A DNA stretch of 64,000 nt. Origin: Caecitellus pseudoparvulus. Its lineage: Eukaryota > Protista > Bigyra: Bicosoecida. Position 1 is the stretch's first letter. Each line of letters begins with the position of its first letter. The notes beneath the pieces are model-generated. The model was not told the DNA's origin and did not search any database. It was given only the letters and a program-made list of their open reading frames with translations. The DNA is taken from contig CBFFRQ010000006.1 in NCBI GenBank assembly GCA_965644315.1, forward strand, positions 62,001-126,000, given 5' to 3'. The position numbers and the translations under genes were made by a program. Of the stretch, positions 9,401 to 18,303 are shown piece after piece.

Positions 9401-11736
9401 AGCTGGAGCACGCCGACCGCCACATGATGCCAGGAGACATCGTGCGTGTGAAGCCGTCCGTGTCCAAGCCGCGGTACGGCTGGGGCAAGGTGAAGGCGGG
9501 GCACCAGGGCGTTCTGACTGAGTGGCTGAAGGAGGACAACAAGGTGAAGGTGGACTTCCCCGCCCACCACACCTGGTCCGCTGACGAGAGCGAGATGATG
9601 CGCATGGCAGCGGGCAAGATGTTCGTCGGCGACTTCATCCGCGTCAAAGGCAGCGTGAGCAACCCCAAGTACGGCTGGGGCTCCGTGCGGCACGGGCATG
9701 TGGGCCAGGTCAAGTCTGTGGACGGCGAGAAGCTGAAGGTGGACTTCCCCGCCCAGAAGAACTGGTCTGCCCACACCCCCGAGATGGAGCATGTGTCCCA
9801 CGTCGGCTTCAACATCGGCGACCTGGTCAAGGTGTGCACCGGCAGCCCCAAGTTCGGGCTGGGCGCTGTGAAGCAGGGCGACCTCGGCGCAGTCACCGAG
9901 CTCGCAGCCGACGACAAGGTGTACTGCCGCTTCCAGGCGCAGTCTGGCTGGGCTGCCGCGCCCTCCGACCTGAACGTCGTGCTCACGCGCCCCTTCGTCG
10001 TGGGGGACCGGGTGCGTGTGCGCCCTGACGTGCTGAAGCCTTCCCGCGGGTGGGGCGCCGTGAGTCACGGCGACGTCGGCACAGTCGTGGACGTGAACGG
10101 CAAGGACCTGACTGTGAAGTTCTGGGGCCACAGCCGCTGGAGCGGCGTGGCGGAGGAGATGCAGCTGGTGGTGGCTGAGGACATCCAGGTGGGCGACCGT
10201 GTCACGGTGCGGCCCGACGTGGACGTGCCCAAGTACAAGTGGGGCAAGGTGAAGGCGGGCGAAGTGGGCATCGTCACGGAGATCAAGGAGAAGGACAAGC
10301 TCCTGGTGGACATGCAGAGCCAGAGCGGGTGGATCGCGCACGCCCCCGAGCTCATGCGCGTGACGGATGGTGATGGTGATGGTGGCGAGAGCCGTGCGGC
10401 CGAGGCTGCCGCCAAGGCTGAGGAGGCCGCCGCAGGCACCACGGAGACCACTCTCAAGTGCGACCACATCCTGCGCGGCCACACCGGGGAGGTGACGGTG
10501 CTGGCCACCCTGACGGACGGCCAGCTCGTGTCAGGCGACGAGGCAGGCGAGCTGCGGTGGTGGGACGTAAGCAACGCCTCCTGCACGCGCTCCTCCCCTG
10601 GCTCCACCGCCTCCCGTGCCCTGGCGCTGACGCCGCTGTCAGACGGCCGCCTGGCGGGCGCCTGTGCCGACGGCGTCGTGCGTGTGTGGGACGCCAACAC
10701 CGGCAAGGTGGTGAAGATGATGCTGGGGCACGAGGGGGAGGTGCTGTCTGTGGCGGAGCTACAGGACGGCCGTCTGGCGTCTGGCGGCGCCGACGGCGTC
10801 GTGCGCGTGTGGAACATGGAGCGCGGCACCGCCGACATCAAGTTCCTGGGCCACGACCGCCCCGTCACCGTGCTGGCTGGCCTGCCCGGCAACAAGCTCT
10901 CCAGTGGCTCCCAGGCACAAATCAACGTGTGGGACGTCAGTGCTGCCACGCCCGCAGCACCCGAGACGCCGTCCACGCCTGCCCTGGCCGCTGGCGCCGG
11001 CGCCCCCACGGGCTGGAGCGACTCCTCCGAGGCGCAGGTGAATGCTTCACGTACCCTCATCCTGTCCCTCGTGCAGTTCGCCTTCTCCGACGAGTGCAGC
11101 AGCGACCCTGCCCTGCGCCAGCTGCTGCAGACGGCGCTGTGGGAAGCCAAGCAAGTGGAGACTGCCTGCTCCAAGGGCGACTCGGGAGACCTGCACTTGC
11201 ATTGGTACGAACTGGTGCAGCGCCTGGCTGCCTGTGTGCACGAGGCACGCAGCACGGGGGACGCTGCCGCCGGAGACAGCACCGTGTACGCCGTGGTGGG
11301 TCGCCTGGAGGAGGTGCTGGCCATGGTGAAGCCGGCACAGCCCACCGTGGACACCGGCATGTCTGGCGGCGCGACGCCTGCAGAGGGCACCCCTGGCGCC
11401 GGCGCTGACGCCATTGCCGTGAACCCCGCCTTCTCAACTTTGACAGGGCGCACAGGGTATGCGTTCACCGCCTCTGCACCAGCGCCGACGACGCTGCAGG
11501 TGGTGTGCCAGGCCCCCGCGACCGACCCTCTGCGCGACGCCCAGCTGAAGATGTTGATGGACCTGTTCGTGGCCGAGATGGGCAAGGCCGGGCTAGAACA
11601 GCCCACGAACTACATCGCCCACGCTGCCAGCGAGACCCTCACGGTGGCCCTCCTGGCTGACGCCGAGTCAGGCATGGCCACTGTGCGCGGCATTTTGGCA
11701 GGCGCAGATGAGGCTGGGAACTGCACCATGCAGTGA
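6424..11736 (+). CDS. ~1770-aa multidomain protein: helical N-terminus with hydrophobic Gly-rich hairpin and 11-residue coiled-coil repeats, WD40 x3, HERC2/KEG/Mind-bomb-like SH3 repeats x8, WD40 x4
   Basis: Likely start accATGg at 6424 (MALSPAEVSF). WD40 motifs include FASGGADKTIRLWS and GHEGEVLSVAELQDGRLASGGADGVVRVWN. Eight ~62-aa repeats of the form vGDxVRVkxsVxxPkYGWGxVxhxxVGxVxx...kVDFpxqxxWxaxxxEmE. Strong GC3 bias. Confidence 0.9.
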   Translation: MALSPAEVSFVNDTFWLAHQLRCTDAVLGAALAAPGAGNAAASRARMPRYVLIFVQQLLPKVLRPATLPMHGGLLAKSLLPIAAAIADRTQSQHAALAEQAEGAAGEVVRANAAAWSELAAELHALQGCLESEDVSGACGCDGQLQGAASRVSAAMAGLASLPLEAASELVAGAMDASITAIAGMLPASSSTAVTAAGSGAAAAQLTSVELSTIDVSTASLNKYTESEAHMKALEAANEVASSRDDSPDLADMAEKAATGLGYLSTAYKAVKEHGGKLAKVGQYAARAASAASTAGRFVGGVVSCLKEAGRFAAMGSVGGPIGMAVGAVFGLVKGVAGYKSSMGQADKMGEQVSRVAGLVTGLSEHMQKGMEDLSKQSEEQFKALSTQSKAEYEALASQSDAQFRAMTAQFASGMGALSEQVQAGFQQALWMQSQSYSAMVEQFALVRDDISMVRQAASEIQRALGQLHTTVESRFKEAILKDFHMDRRAASSAASLPATEVQRLLRQFAYTGTDLAKGETLSSKIEVGAHQDSLVTALNTRPLGSNVNALQGALLAAGVLTSAEPLVDRDTWLMASHAYLTTLKSAFSAGSSSQVPLGIAAVSLRDLHAEGKALLDFKRGLRTDTAWLGTLVEQYFSVPGSSLAPLMDSASVEAAAGPVALEVTDFKHGSSGDFGTFTAALGLRSGKLMTSTDKGKLTTWNWDSGKRSSVGADPYVMSLAELPGNLAILGYSDADVSVFSLSQNTNLAVGSHDAPGVHAVAPLVGRRFASGGADKTIRLWSVETKRIGGAAASPSPSPSTGGLVGQFVVGDTVRLRAQVYKPRYGFGSATHSEVGVVTSILSSFKLKVDFPSHKGWSASGPEMEHCGAKVLKVGDKVRVKDSISKPGYGWGKVKHKMVGVVKKLEEKDVVRVDFAVQQNWACKAEEMERVVDGVFSVGDRVRLKSCVSECKYGFGGATHQMVATVRSVNSEKSLLKVDWDGGQKNWSGDWGELEHADRHMMPGDIVRVKPSVSKPRYGWGKVKAGHQGVLTEWLKEDNKVKVDFPAHHTWSADESEMMRMAAGKMFVGDFIRVKGSVSNPKYGWGSVRHGHVGQVKSVDGEKLKVDFPAQKNWSAHTPEMEHVSHVGFNIGDLVKVCTGSPKFGLGAVKQGDLGAVTELAADDKVYCRFQAQSGWAAAPSDLNVVLTRPFVVGDRVRVRPDVLKPSRGWGAVSHGDVGTVVDVNGKDLTVKFWGHSRWSGVAEEMQLVVAEDIQVGDRVTVRPDVDVPKYKWGKVKAGEVGIVTEIKEKDKLLVDMQSQSGWIAHAPELMRVTDGDGDGGESRAAEAAAKAEEAAAGTTETTLKCDHILRGHTGEVTVLATLTDGQLVSGDEAGELRWWDVSNASCTRSSPGSTASRALALTPLSDGRLAGACADGVVRVWDANTGKVVKMMLGHEGEVLSVAELQDGRLASGGADGVVRVWNMERGTADIKFLGHDRPVTVLAGLPGNKLSSGSQAQINVWDVSAATPAAPETPSTPALAAGAGAPTGWSDSSEAQVNASRTLILSLVQFAFSDECSSDPALRQLLQTALWEAKQVETACSKGDSGDLHLHWYELVQRLAACVHEARSTGDAAAGDSTVYAVVGRLEEVLAMVKPAQPTVDTGMSGGATPAEGTPGAGADAIAVNPAFSTLTGRTGYAFTASAPAPTTLQVVCQAPATDPLRDAQLKMLMDLFVAEMGKAGLEQPTNYIAHAASETLTVALLADAESGMATVRGILAGADEAGNCTMQ
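8845..10362 (+). repeat. Eight tandem HERC2-like (KEG / Mib SH3-type) repeats
   Basis: Repeats begin FVVGDTVRL, LKVGDKVRV, FSVGDRVRL, MMPGDIVRV, MFVGDFIRV, FNIGDLVKV, FVVGDRVRV, IQVGDRVTV; they match the HERC2-type pattern GDKVRVKxSVxxPKYKWGSVxH...VDFPQQSHW. Confidence 0.85.
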
Positions 11737-11913
11737 GCTGGCGCGGCTGCACTCGTTTGGGTGCTCGCCGTGCCGCATGCCGTGAGGTGCGTGATCTCCT
11801 GTCAAGAAGGCAGGCAGCAATGCATTGTGCAGGAAGATGCACCACGCTGTGTGCACTGTTTCTTTGACGCTAGTGTGCGACTATGTACATGGGTCTGACG
11901 ATGGTGGCCGCCG

Positions 11914-12981
11914 TCACCCCTTGGAGGGCTGTGCAGGCGCAGTGAACTTGAAGCCGCCCCCTGCCGCCATGGTCCTTTGCTTTGAGTCCTTCGAGCGCGG
12001 TGCCGCGCCCAGTGATTGTTGACTTGCTGCCTCGAGGCTGAGCAAAGCTGAACCGCGGACAGCCATTGACACACTGGGTTTGCCTCCGGCAGTGTCGACG
12101 TTGAGAGCGTCTTGCTTGCTGGGGGGTGAGTGCTTCACGCGCGACACACCCCTGGCGTTGTTTCCATGCGGCACTCCCCACACGTCTTGCGGGAGTGGAG
12201 CAAAGCGGCGTGCCGGGGACGTCGCGCCGTACCTCGTAGGGCTGCTGAGCGTCGGAGTGTAGGCGCCACGGGGGTCAGCAGGGCTGGAGCCTTGGTCAGG
12301 GGATTGGCCGCTTGGCGGGCTCGCCCCACAGTTGCGGCGGCCAATGACGGGCTTGGCGTGGGCCTTCGCTCGCTGCTCCGCCCCTTGGGCTTGCATAAAC
12401 GACGAGGATTCGCTCAGAGAGCTGGCTTGCTCCAGACTCCGCAGCTTTGCTTCACCCTTCCCTTGCGTTTGGTGGCGCTGCGTACTCGGCTGTGCCACTG
12501 TCAGGCAGTCGCGCACAATGTCGCTGGACCACGTACGAACGCTGCCATACGCCCCTGGCCCCACGGCAGGGGGGGTGCAGCCTACATGTGCCCGGCGTGG
12601 CGGGAGAGCAAGTGACACCTTGGGGCGCGGCCTGGCTGCAGGCAAGCGGCTTTTGTCCAGTGCCTCAGTGACATCAGTGGGCCGGCTGGGCTCTGAGCTT
12701 GGCGTGCGAGTTGGAGGCCGATCCCGCGCGTACAGGGTGGTGCCCTTCAGCACACCCCCTGACTTGAAATGCCTGTGCCACAAGAACAGCGTGCTGGGTG
12801 AGTTCAGGTGACTGTGCTTCGCCGGCGCCCTGCTCTGGCGTGCGGAAATCGCTCACCGAAGCAACTCGTCCCTGCTCAACGTATCCACGTCGACTTGCAC
12901 CCCAGGGCGGTCGGCAGCCCCCCCACGACCAAGCTCTCTTGAGCTGGAGGGCTGAGTGAGCTTCTGTGCCCGTCTTGCCAT
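11914..12981 (-). CDS. ~334-aa Pro/Ser-rich protein with PGAY-type motifs (SHIPPO/STPG-like, possibly flagellar); 1 intron
   Basis: Exon 1 (12981-12857, MARRAQKL...DELLR) joins in frame through intron 12856-12794 (GTGAGC...CCCAG, 63 nt) to ORF 11914-12783. Motifs VGPGAYG and DPRGAYTP. Confidence 0.55.
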
Positions 12982-13437
12982 GCTCTTCTCGGCGCGCTTG
13001 TTTGAGGATGGACCGGAGCAGTCGTGGGCGGAGTGTGACTCGCCAGAGCTGGCGCAAGCGTGCAAGGCAGGGCAGACCAGGAGGCACCTCCACGCGCCAG
13101 CACCAGGATGCAGGTGACCAGGCGTGGAAAATGCAGCCCGAAGCATAACTTCTGCTGGGTGCAGCAGTTTGCCCCACTCGCGACTGGCTCATGCATGCAA
13201 GTTGCGCTGCAGCCCGAAGTCTGGTGCCATGCACATGTCGTGGGACGTTGAGAAGGGGGTGAGGGGTGCCCTTCGGCAAGTCCACCACACTGCGTGTACC
13301 AAAAATCAGCCTCCCACCTGTTTCCTCCCCTGCGGGCGTTGTGTGGGCGCCACCCCTGCCTTGCAGCGCACCAGCGTTGCCTGCACGGCCACGTTGGCAC
13401 GCCAGCGGAGGCTCGCGACCCAAAGCAGGTGCTTGCC

Positions 13438-14501
13438 ATGGCTGCCCAGAGCCAGGGACGGGCGTCTCGGCTCTTCAAGCTCCTGGAGGATGCGCAAGCC
13501 TCGGACGATGTGTATGCCAACCTGACACTGCTGAAGACGTACTGCAGCAGGCTAGTTGCCAAGCGCCGTCCGGAAGCAGCGCTGGCCATGTACACGAAAG
13601 GTGCTTCGGCCCTGCTGCGCGGTGGGCACGTCGAGCCTGGGTATGAAGTCTGTCGAGACTTGTCCAAGCTGCTGACCTCGCAGAAGTGGCCTGTGAACGA
13701 TGGCCTCAAGGGTGCGTGCTGCTGCGGAAATTGGCCCCCAGCCGCCGGCTCACCGCTCCTGCTTCATCGCTACACGCAGAGGACCTCTTGCAACTCCTCG
13801 CGGTCTTCCCTGATGTTAAGCAGAAAGTCTCATTTGCTGAGAAGCTCATCGCCTGGAGCAAGGAGCACCCTGCCCCTGGCGCTGCGGAGCCCGAAGCACA
13901 GTATGGCGTCTCTGCATTTCACGAGGCCGCGGCATTGGCGGCGTGTGCGCTGGGCGACTCCCGGGCCGCCATGCGGTACTTTGTGCATGCCAGTGTGCCA
14001 AGTGCATTTGTTGAAGCGGTGCTTGGGTGGTCCAAGGCTGGCGTCGCTTCAGAGGCCGACCTGTTCATTGCGCGGGCCGTCTTGACGTGCACAGCGGAAG
14101 GCAACTTGGCCAGCGCCAACGCAGTGTTTGAAGGGTGGCTTGCCAAGCAAGGCGCGGGGGGTGCACCATCTGCCTCTGTTGCCCGCCCGAAAGCGGGCTG
14201 TGCTGCTGACACGCCGCTCGTGCACTTCATCGGCTTCATGCTGCGTGTGCTGCAGCGCCCAGCCGGCCCCCTCCTGCAGACGCTGGTTCTCAGGTACAAA
14301 GCCAGCCTGAGCCGGGACGCTACCCTACTCCCGCTAGTCTTCCAAACCGCTTCTCGCTGGTTTGGGCCCGGGACCAGCATGGCCCTGCAGCAAGCGCTGA
14401 ACCCGCAGCAGCAGCAACAGCGAGGCTTCCCCTTCCTGCCAATGCCAGCACCAGCGAAGCCCACTGCTGGCGCTGGCCTGGTACACGATGCGCTGGATTA
14501 G
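13438..14501 (+). CDS. GET4: Golgi-to-ER traffic protein 4 (GET4/TRC35 family), ~331 aa, 1 intron
   Basis: Intron 13712-13779 (GTGCGT...CGCAG) joins two ORF-track frames. Motifs KLIAWS, EADLFIARAVL, GNLASAN, PLVHFIGFML, LRYKASLSRD are typical of GET4. Confidence 0.85.
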
Positions 14502-16093
14502 GACTCTGCGTCGTAGAGGCTGGAGAGGGCCGCCTGCAGCAGAGCGTGGGTGCTGGCCTGGGCAGTCACGTCAGCGAGTCCGCTGGGCGTGCCAGAGCTG
14601 CACGGGCTTTCCCCTGCGAGGGTGTGCAGCTCGGCCACGTATGGCGGCTGCCCTGCACCTTGCAGCCTGCGTAACAGCCCCTCTCCGTCGGCGTGCGACA
14701 CCATGGCGCACGGCAGGTGCACCGTGAGGGAGGACGTTGAGTCCAGCGCTTGTGCGTTTTGCAGCGCTCCCACTGGGGAGGTGGCGGGCAAGGCTTGAGC
14801 ACCTTGACCTGCCATGCGGATGGGTGGCGCGTCGTCAGTGGTGAATACAAACATTCCTGCCCCCCCTGCAGCCTGTAGGACCATAGCCTTCTTTGTGAAG
14901 GTGCATCCACCCCGCTGGACAAGGGTGAACGCCCCTTGCACGGCGCTTGGATTCGCAAGTCCCGTGCACGCGTCAAGGGGGTGGGCGACCACCAAGCGAT
15001 GGGATTCACATGGAAGCCTGCCTCCGAACAGGGCGGTGACGAACGGGGCAGCCATCGCCCATGCGCTGGCATTCTCAGGTCTCGCGTGCAGCAGGCCGTG
15101 CTCTGCTAGAAAGCTGCAGCCAAACTCGGAGCAGTGCACCGATGCCATGATTCGATCGTGGGCGGAGATCGCCACTTTGGATCCCTTCACTTTGTCGTCT
15201 GGGCTGTCCGTGACGGGACTGATTGCTGAGCCTTCGCCTGCAGATCCAGCGTCGAGACTCGACTCCGCCCGGCCCTGTAGGTGCAGGGCGAGTTCTGGGT
15301 CGTACACGCGGCCGTTCCGCAGCACAAGCAAGTCTTGAGGAAGCAACATAGACGCATGCACTTCATGGCGCATGGACCGCGGCAGAAGCTCGCGGCGCAA
15401 CAGCCGCTGCGTATCTTCTGAGTTCAGCACGTGTGCCGAGACGGCCGCTGGGAGCCCGTGTAGCTGCAGGCCATTGAACGCCACAAGGGCATCATCTACT
15501 TCCGCCAGCTCCAACAGTGCAGCTGATGGACGAGACCTCCAGTCTGATGCTGGGGCAATGTCCAGAATGGTGCCTTGCCAGGGTGAGAGCGCGATGCCCA
15601 CAGGGTGTGAATCGTGCCGCGCCAGAAGCACCGCTGTATCTTGGTCGGTGCTCCCGAGATCTGAGCAGCGCTTGGGTGTGAAGGATAGGATGAGTGGGTC
15701 GGCGCCTTCCCGCAGAATTTCAAGCGCTTGCTGGCGATGCTTCGCTTCCTGGACTGGGAATGCGTTCACGTGCGTCAGCGTGTCGCCTGGGTGGATGTAG
15801 CCGAGAGCCTCAGCATACCCAAAGTGCACCCCTTGCAGCTTGCTCCGCTCAAAACCCTCCACGCGGAAGGTGTCAGGGGCCAGCCGCAAGCCCAGCTGTG
15901 CGGAGCTTGGGACCAGCACGTCAAATCGGCAGCCATGCGCCTGCGCTCTCAAATGCTGAAATGCGACGGGGACAGGCTCACCCCAGTCTGTTTCGGCAGC
16001 CAAAGGGCTACTTATGAATGCAATAAGCACGCAGCAGCATTGCCAGAAAGATCGCCTCAGCGCTCCTCGAGGAAGCTGCACATGAATGCGCAT
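14498..16093 (-). CDS. Secreted protein with PDZ-like domain(s) and C-terminal protease-associated (PA) domain, 531 aa
   Basis: N-terminal hydrophobic stretch CCCVLIAFISSPLAA. PDZ-like LGLRL...AEALGYIHPGDTLTHVN and a second, degenerate copy (VGIAL...EVDDALVAFNG). PA motif HPLDACTGLANP...LVQRGGCTFTKKAMVLQAAG. Confidence 0.75.
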   Translation of the reverse strand: MRIHVQLPRGALRRSFWQCCCVLIAFISSPLAAETDWGEPVPVAFQHLRAQAHGCRFDVLVPSSAQLGLRLAPDTFRVEGFERSKLQGVHFGYAEALGYIHPGDTLTHVNAFPVQEAKHRQQALEILREGADPLILSFTPKRCSDLGSTDQDTAVLLARHDSHPVGIALSPWQGTILDIAPASDWRSRPSAALLELAEVDDALVAFNGLQLHGLPAAVSAHVLNSEDTQRLLRRELLPRSMRHEVHASMLLPQDLLVLRNGRVYDPELALHLQGRAESSLDAGSAGEGSAISPVTDSPDDKVKGSKVAISAHDRIMASVHCSEFGCSFLAEHGLLHARPENASAWAMAAPFVTALFGGRLPCESHRLVVAHPLDACTGLANPSAVQGAFTLVQRGGCTFTKKAMVLQAAGGAGMFVFTTDDAPPIRMAGQGAQALPATSPVGALQNAQALDSTSSLTVHLPCAMVSHADGEGLLRRLQGAGQPPYVAELHTLAGESPCSSGTPSGLADVTAQASTHALLQAALSSLYDAES

Positions 16094-16383
16094 CAGAGTT
16101 TCAGCTGAAACGCAGCAAGCCCACCGCTGCAGTTGGGCCGTTGGAAGCGCAATGGGCGATTCGGCCCACGTACAAAGCTCACCTGTGTTATCAAGTTCTC
16201 ACGCAGACGAACGGCAGCCTGTCGATTGTGTGTGGACCTCTGTTTCGACACGAACGTTCGTGGGACAAGAGATCTTGAAGCCCGGGATTCGCACAAAAGA
16301 CGAGGCAGATCCTCGCACATGGGAGCGTGACAAAGCTTGGCACCATGTGCCTCATCGCTGACACGTGCATTGCAGAAACCAAC

Positions 16384-17173
16384 TCAGGCCTTTCGCCCTG
16401 GAACAACTTGGGGCGTGCCTTGCGCCGTAGCTGCCACGGGAATGCTGGGCAGGTCAAGCTTCGGCCCCGCTCCCTTGGCAGCCACAGAGACGTCTGCTGG
16501 GACATAGCCAGACTCGGGCTTGGGTGTGGGAGGCGGCGTTGCCGTGACGGTGTGAGTGTCATCTTCAGAGGAGACCATGGGAACTTGCAGCGTGGTGCCA
16601 AGCGCAGAGTTCGCCATGGCCAGGCCGAACTCGTGCTGCGTGATCTTGCCATCACCGTCCAAGTCTGCCGCAGCAAGTGTTCGCTGCACGAGCTCGTCCA
16701 GAGTTGCCTGTGGCAGCTTGCGGCCCACCATGCTCTTGAGCGTTTCGTGCAGGTCCTCCGACGTGATGTACCCATCACCGTTCACGTCCCACACCCTGAA
16801 CATGAACGCAACCTTGGCTTCCCGCCCAGCGTGCCCAGAGAAGACAGACATGCGCTGTAGGAACTGGTGAAACATAATGTGCCCGGAGTGCTCTTCATCC
16901 AGCAACTCAACGATGCGCGGCCCCAAGGGGTTCGTGCTGAGCTCAGGGATCATGCCAAGGTCTTCCGCCGTCACTGCTCCTTGCCTTCCTCGGTCCAGCT
17001 TCCGAAACCTCATGTACAAGTGCCGGATTTCCTTGGGAGAGACTGGGAAGGGGGAGCCAGGTAGGTGAACCAGGGCGTGAGGCTCCAACCTGGCGCCAGC
17101 ACGCACAGCCACTCAGATCTTGAAGGTGTTCAATGTCCTCCGGGTTCAAATCGATGCTGAAATTCGCCCCCAT
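16384..17173 (-). CDS. Calcineurin B-like EF-hand protein (~241 aa), N-myristoylation motif, 1 intron
   Basis: Starts MGANFS. Intron 17106-17043 (GTGCGT...CCCAG). Motifs FSPKEIRHLYMRFRKLD, IPELSTNPLGPRI, FRVWDVNGDGYITSEDL, ADLDGDGKITQHEF. Confidence 0.9.
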
Positions 17174-18303
17174 CCTCACTGGGGAAGCTTAGACGGCCAC
17201 GTTGCCAACGGCGTGGTGCGCCAAATTCCGCTCCTGCCGTAGCGGCTTGCAGGCCAACGCCCCGGTGGGTGCAGAGGACCAACACAAGCGGAAGTTAAGT
17301 AGAAAGCGTGTGCGTTTGGATGGGTGGTACATTTTGCGGGCTTGCGTGTTTCTGCGGGCGTCAAGCTGGCTGCCAGCTCAGGTGTCTGGCCAGCACGATG
17401 CTTTCGATTCCCAAGGCGCACTTTGGGAACAGCATCCACCAAAGGCACGAAGAGTGGCACGAAAAATCTCATGCTGGTGCCATTCATGATCATCATTCAA
17501 CCCTGGTGGCGGCCCATCTCCGTAGCGAGTCCCGGTGCAGCACACCCCACACAAGAATCTCGCAAGCGTGAGAAGTTCGTCCACGGCGTCGCGCCACCCT
17601 CCCAAAACCAACACTCCCAACAGCAAGCCACGGAATCGGTCTTCATTCTCAAAGAATTCCCGCCGTTGTTCCTACGAATTCCTCACCACACCCACCGTTG
17701 CTCTTTCCGGAACCCACCAGCTTGCTGTCGGTTGCGACCCCGCTGCGGCCGAAAACTGCCAGGCTCAGACAACGCTGGCGCGGGCCCGGCTTCCATCCAC
17801 GAAGCTCCTGTGTGCACGGCGAACATACATGTAAGTTTTGCCGTTCTTCCCTGCCCTGAAAGCCGACGCGGCCCAAGACTGGAGAGCTTGTCGACGTTGC
17901 GCCCTGTGCTGGCGCATTGCGGAGCACGCGTGCACGGTAGCTCACGTCGAGGTTTCTGAAAGCGCTCCCGCTATGCTCATGCACACATGGGCTATTTGTC
18001 GGTGCTTCTCTCATTGCTTGTGCTGTGTCGCCGAGCGGTCGCGCTCCTGGAGCAAGCAGCGACGCAAAGTATGCTCATTTTCCGCAAACCGACCGGCGCC
18101 ACGCGTGTGCTGCCAAAAGCCTCGAGCTGCGCTTTATTCTGCCTCAGTGGGTTCCAGTTCATGCTGCTTGTCGAATGCGTGCATCCTTGCAGCGTGGAGT
18201 GCGCTGCTGCGCGTGTTGACAAGCGCACCTTCGCAGCGTTACATACAACCCGCGCACCTTCATTTTGAGCTCGCACTTGCCATCGCTCAGGTCCAGACTT
18301 CAG

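Noticed and set aside
6382-11606. Long minus-strand ORFs (591, 701, 472, 513 aa) opposite the 1770-aa gene, and similar ORFs opposite the other large genes
   Set aside because: These are antisense shadows expected from high GC3 codon bias; they carry no domain motifs.
17180-18300. Possible ncRNA or small gene in the 1.1-kb divergent intergenic region (TGATGATC box-like word; ORF 17987-18268 with a hydrophobic start)
   Set aside because: No complete snRNA, snoRNA or tRNA signature is recognisable. The 17987 ORF is separated from the giant ORF by two stops, and a better spliced signal exon exists at 18304-18403.
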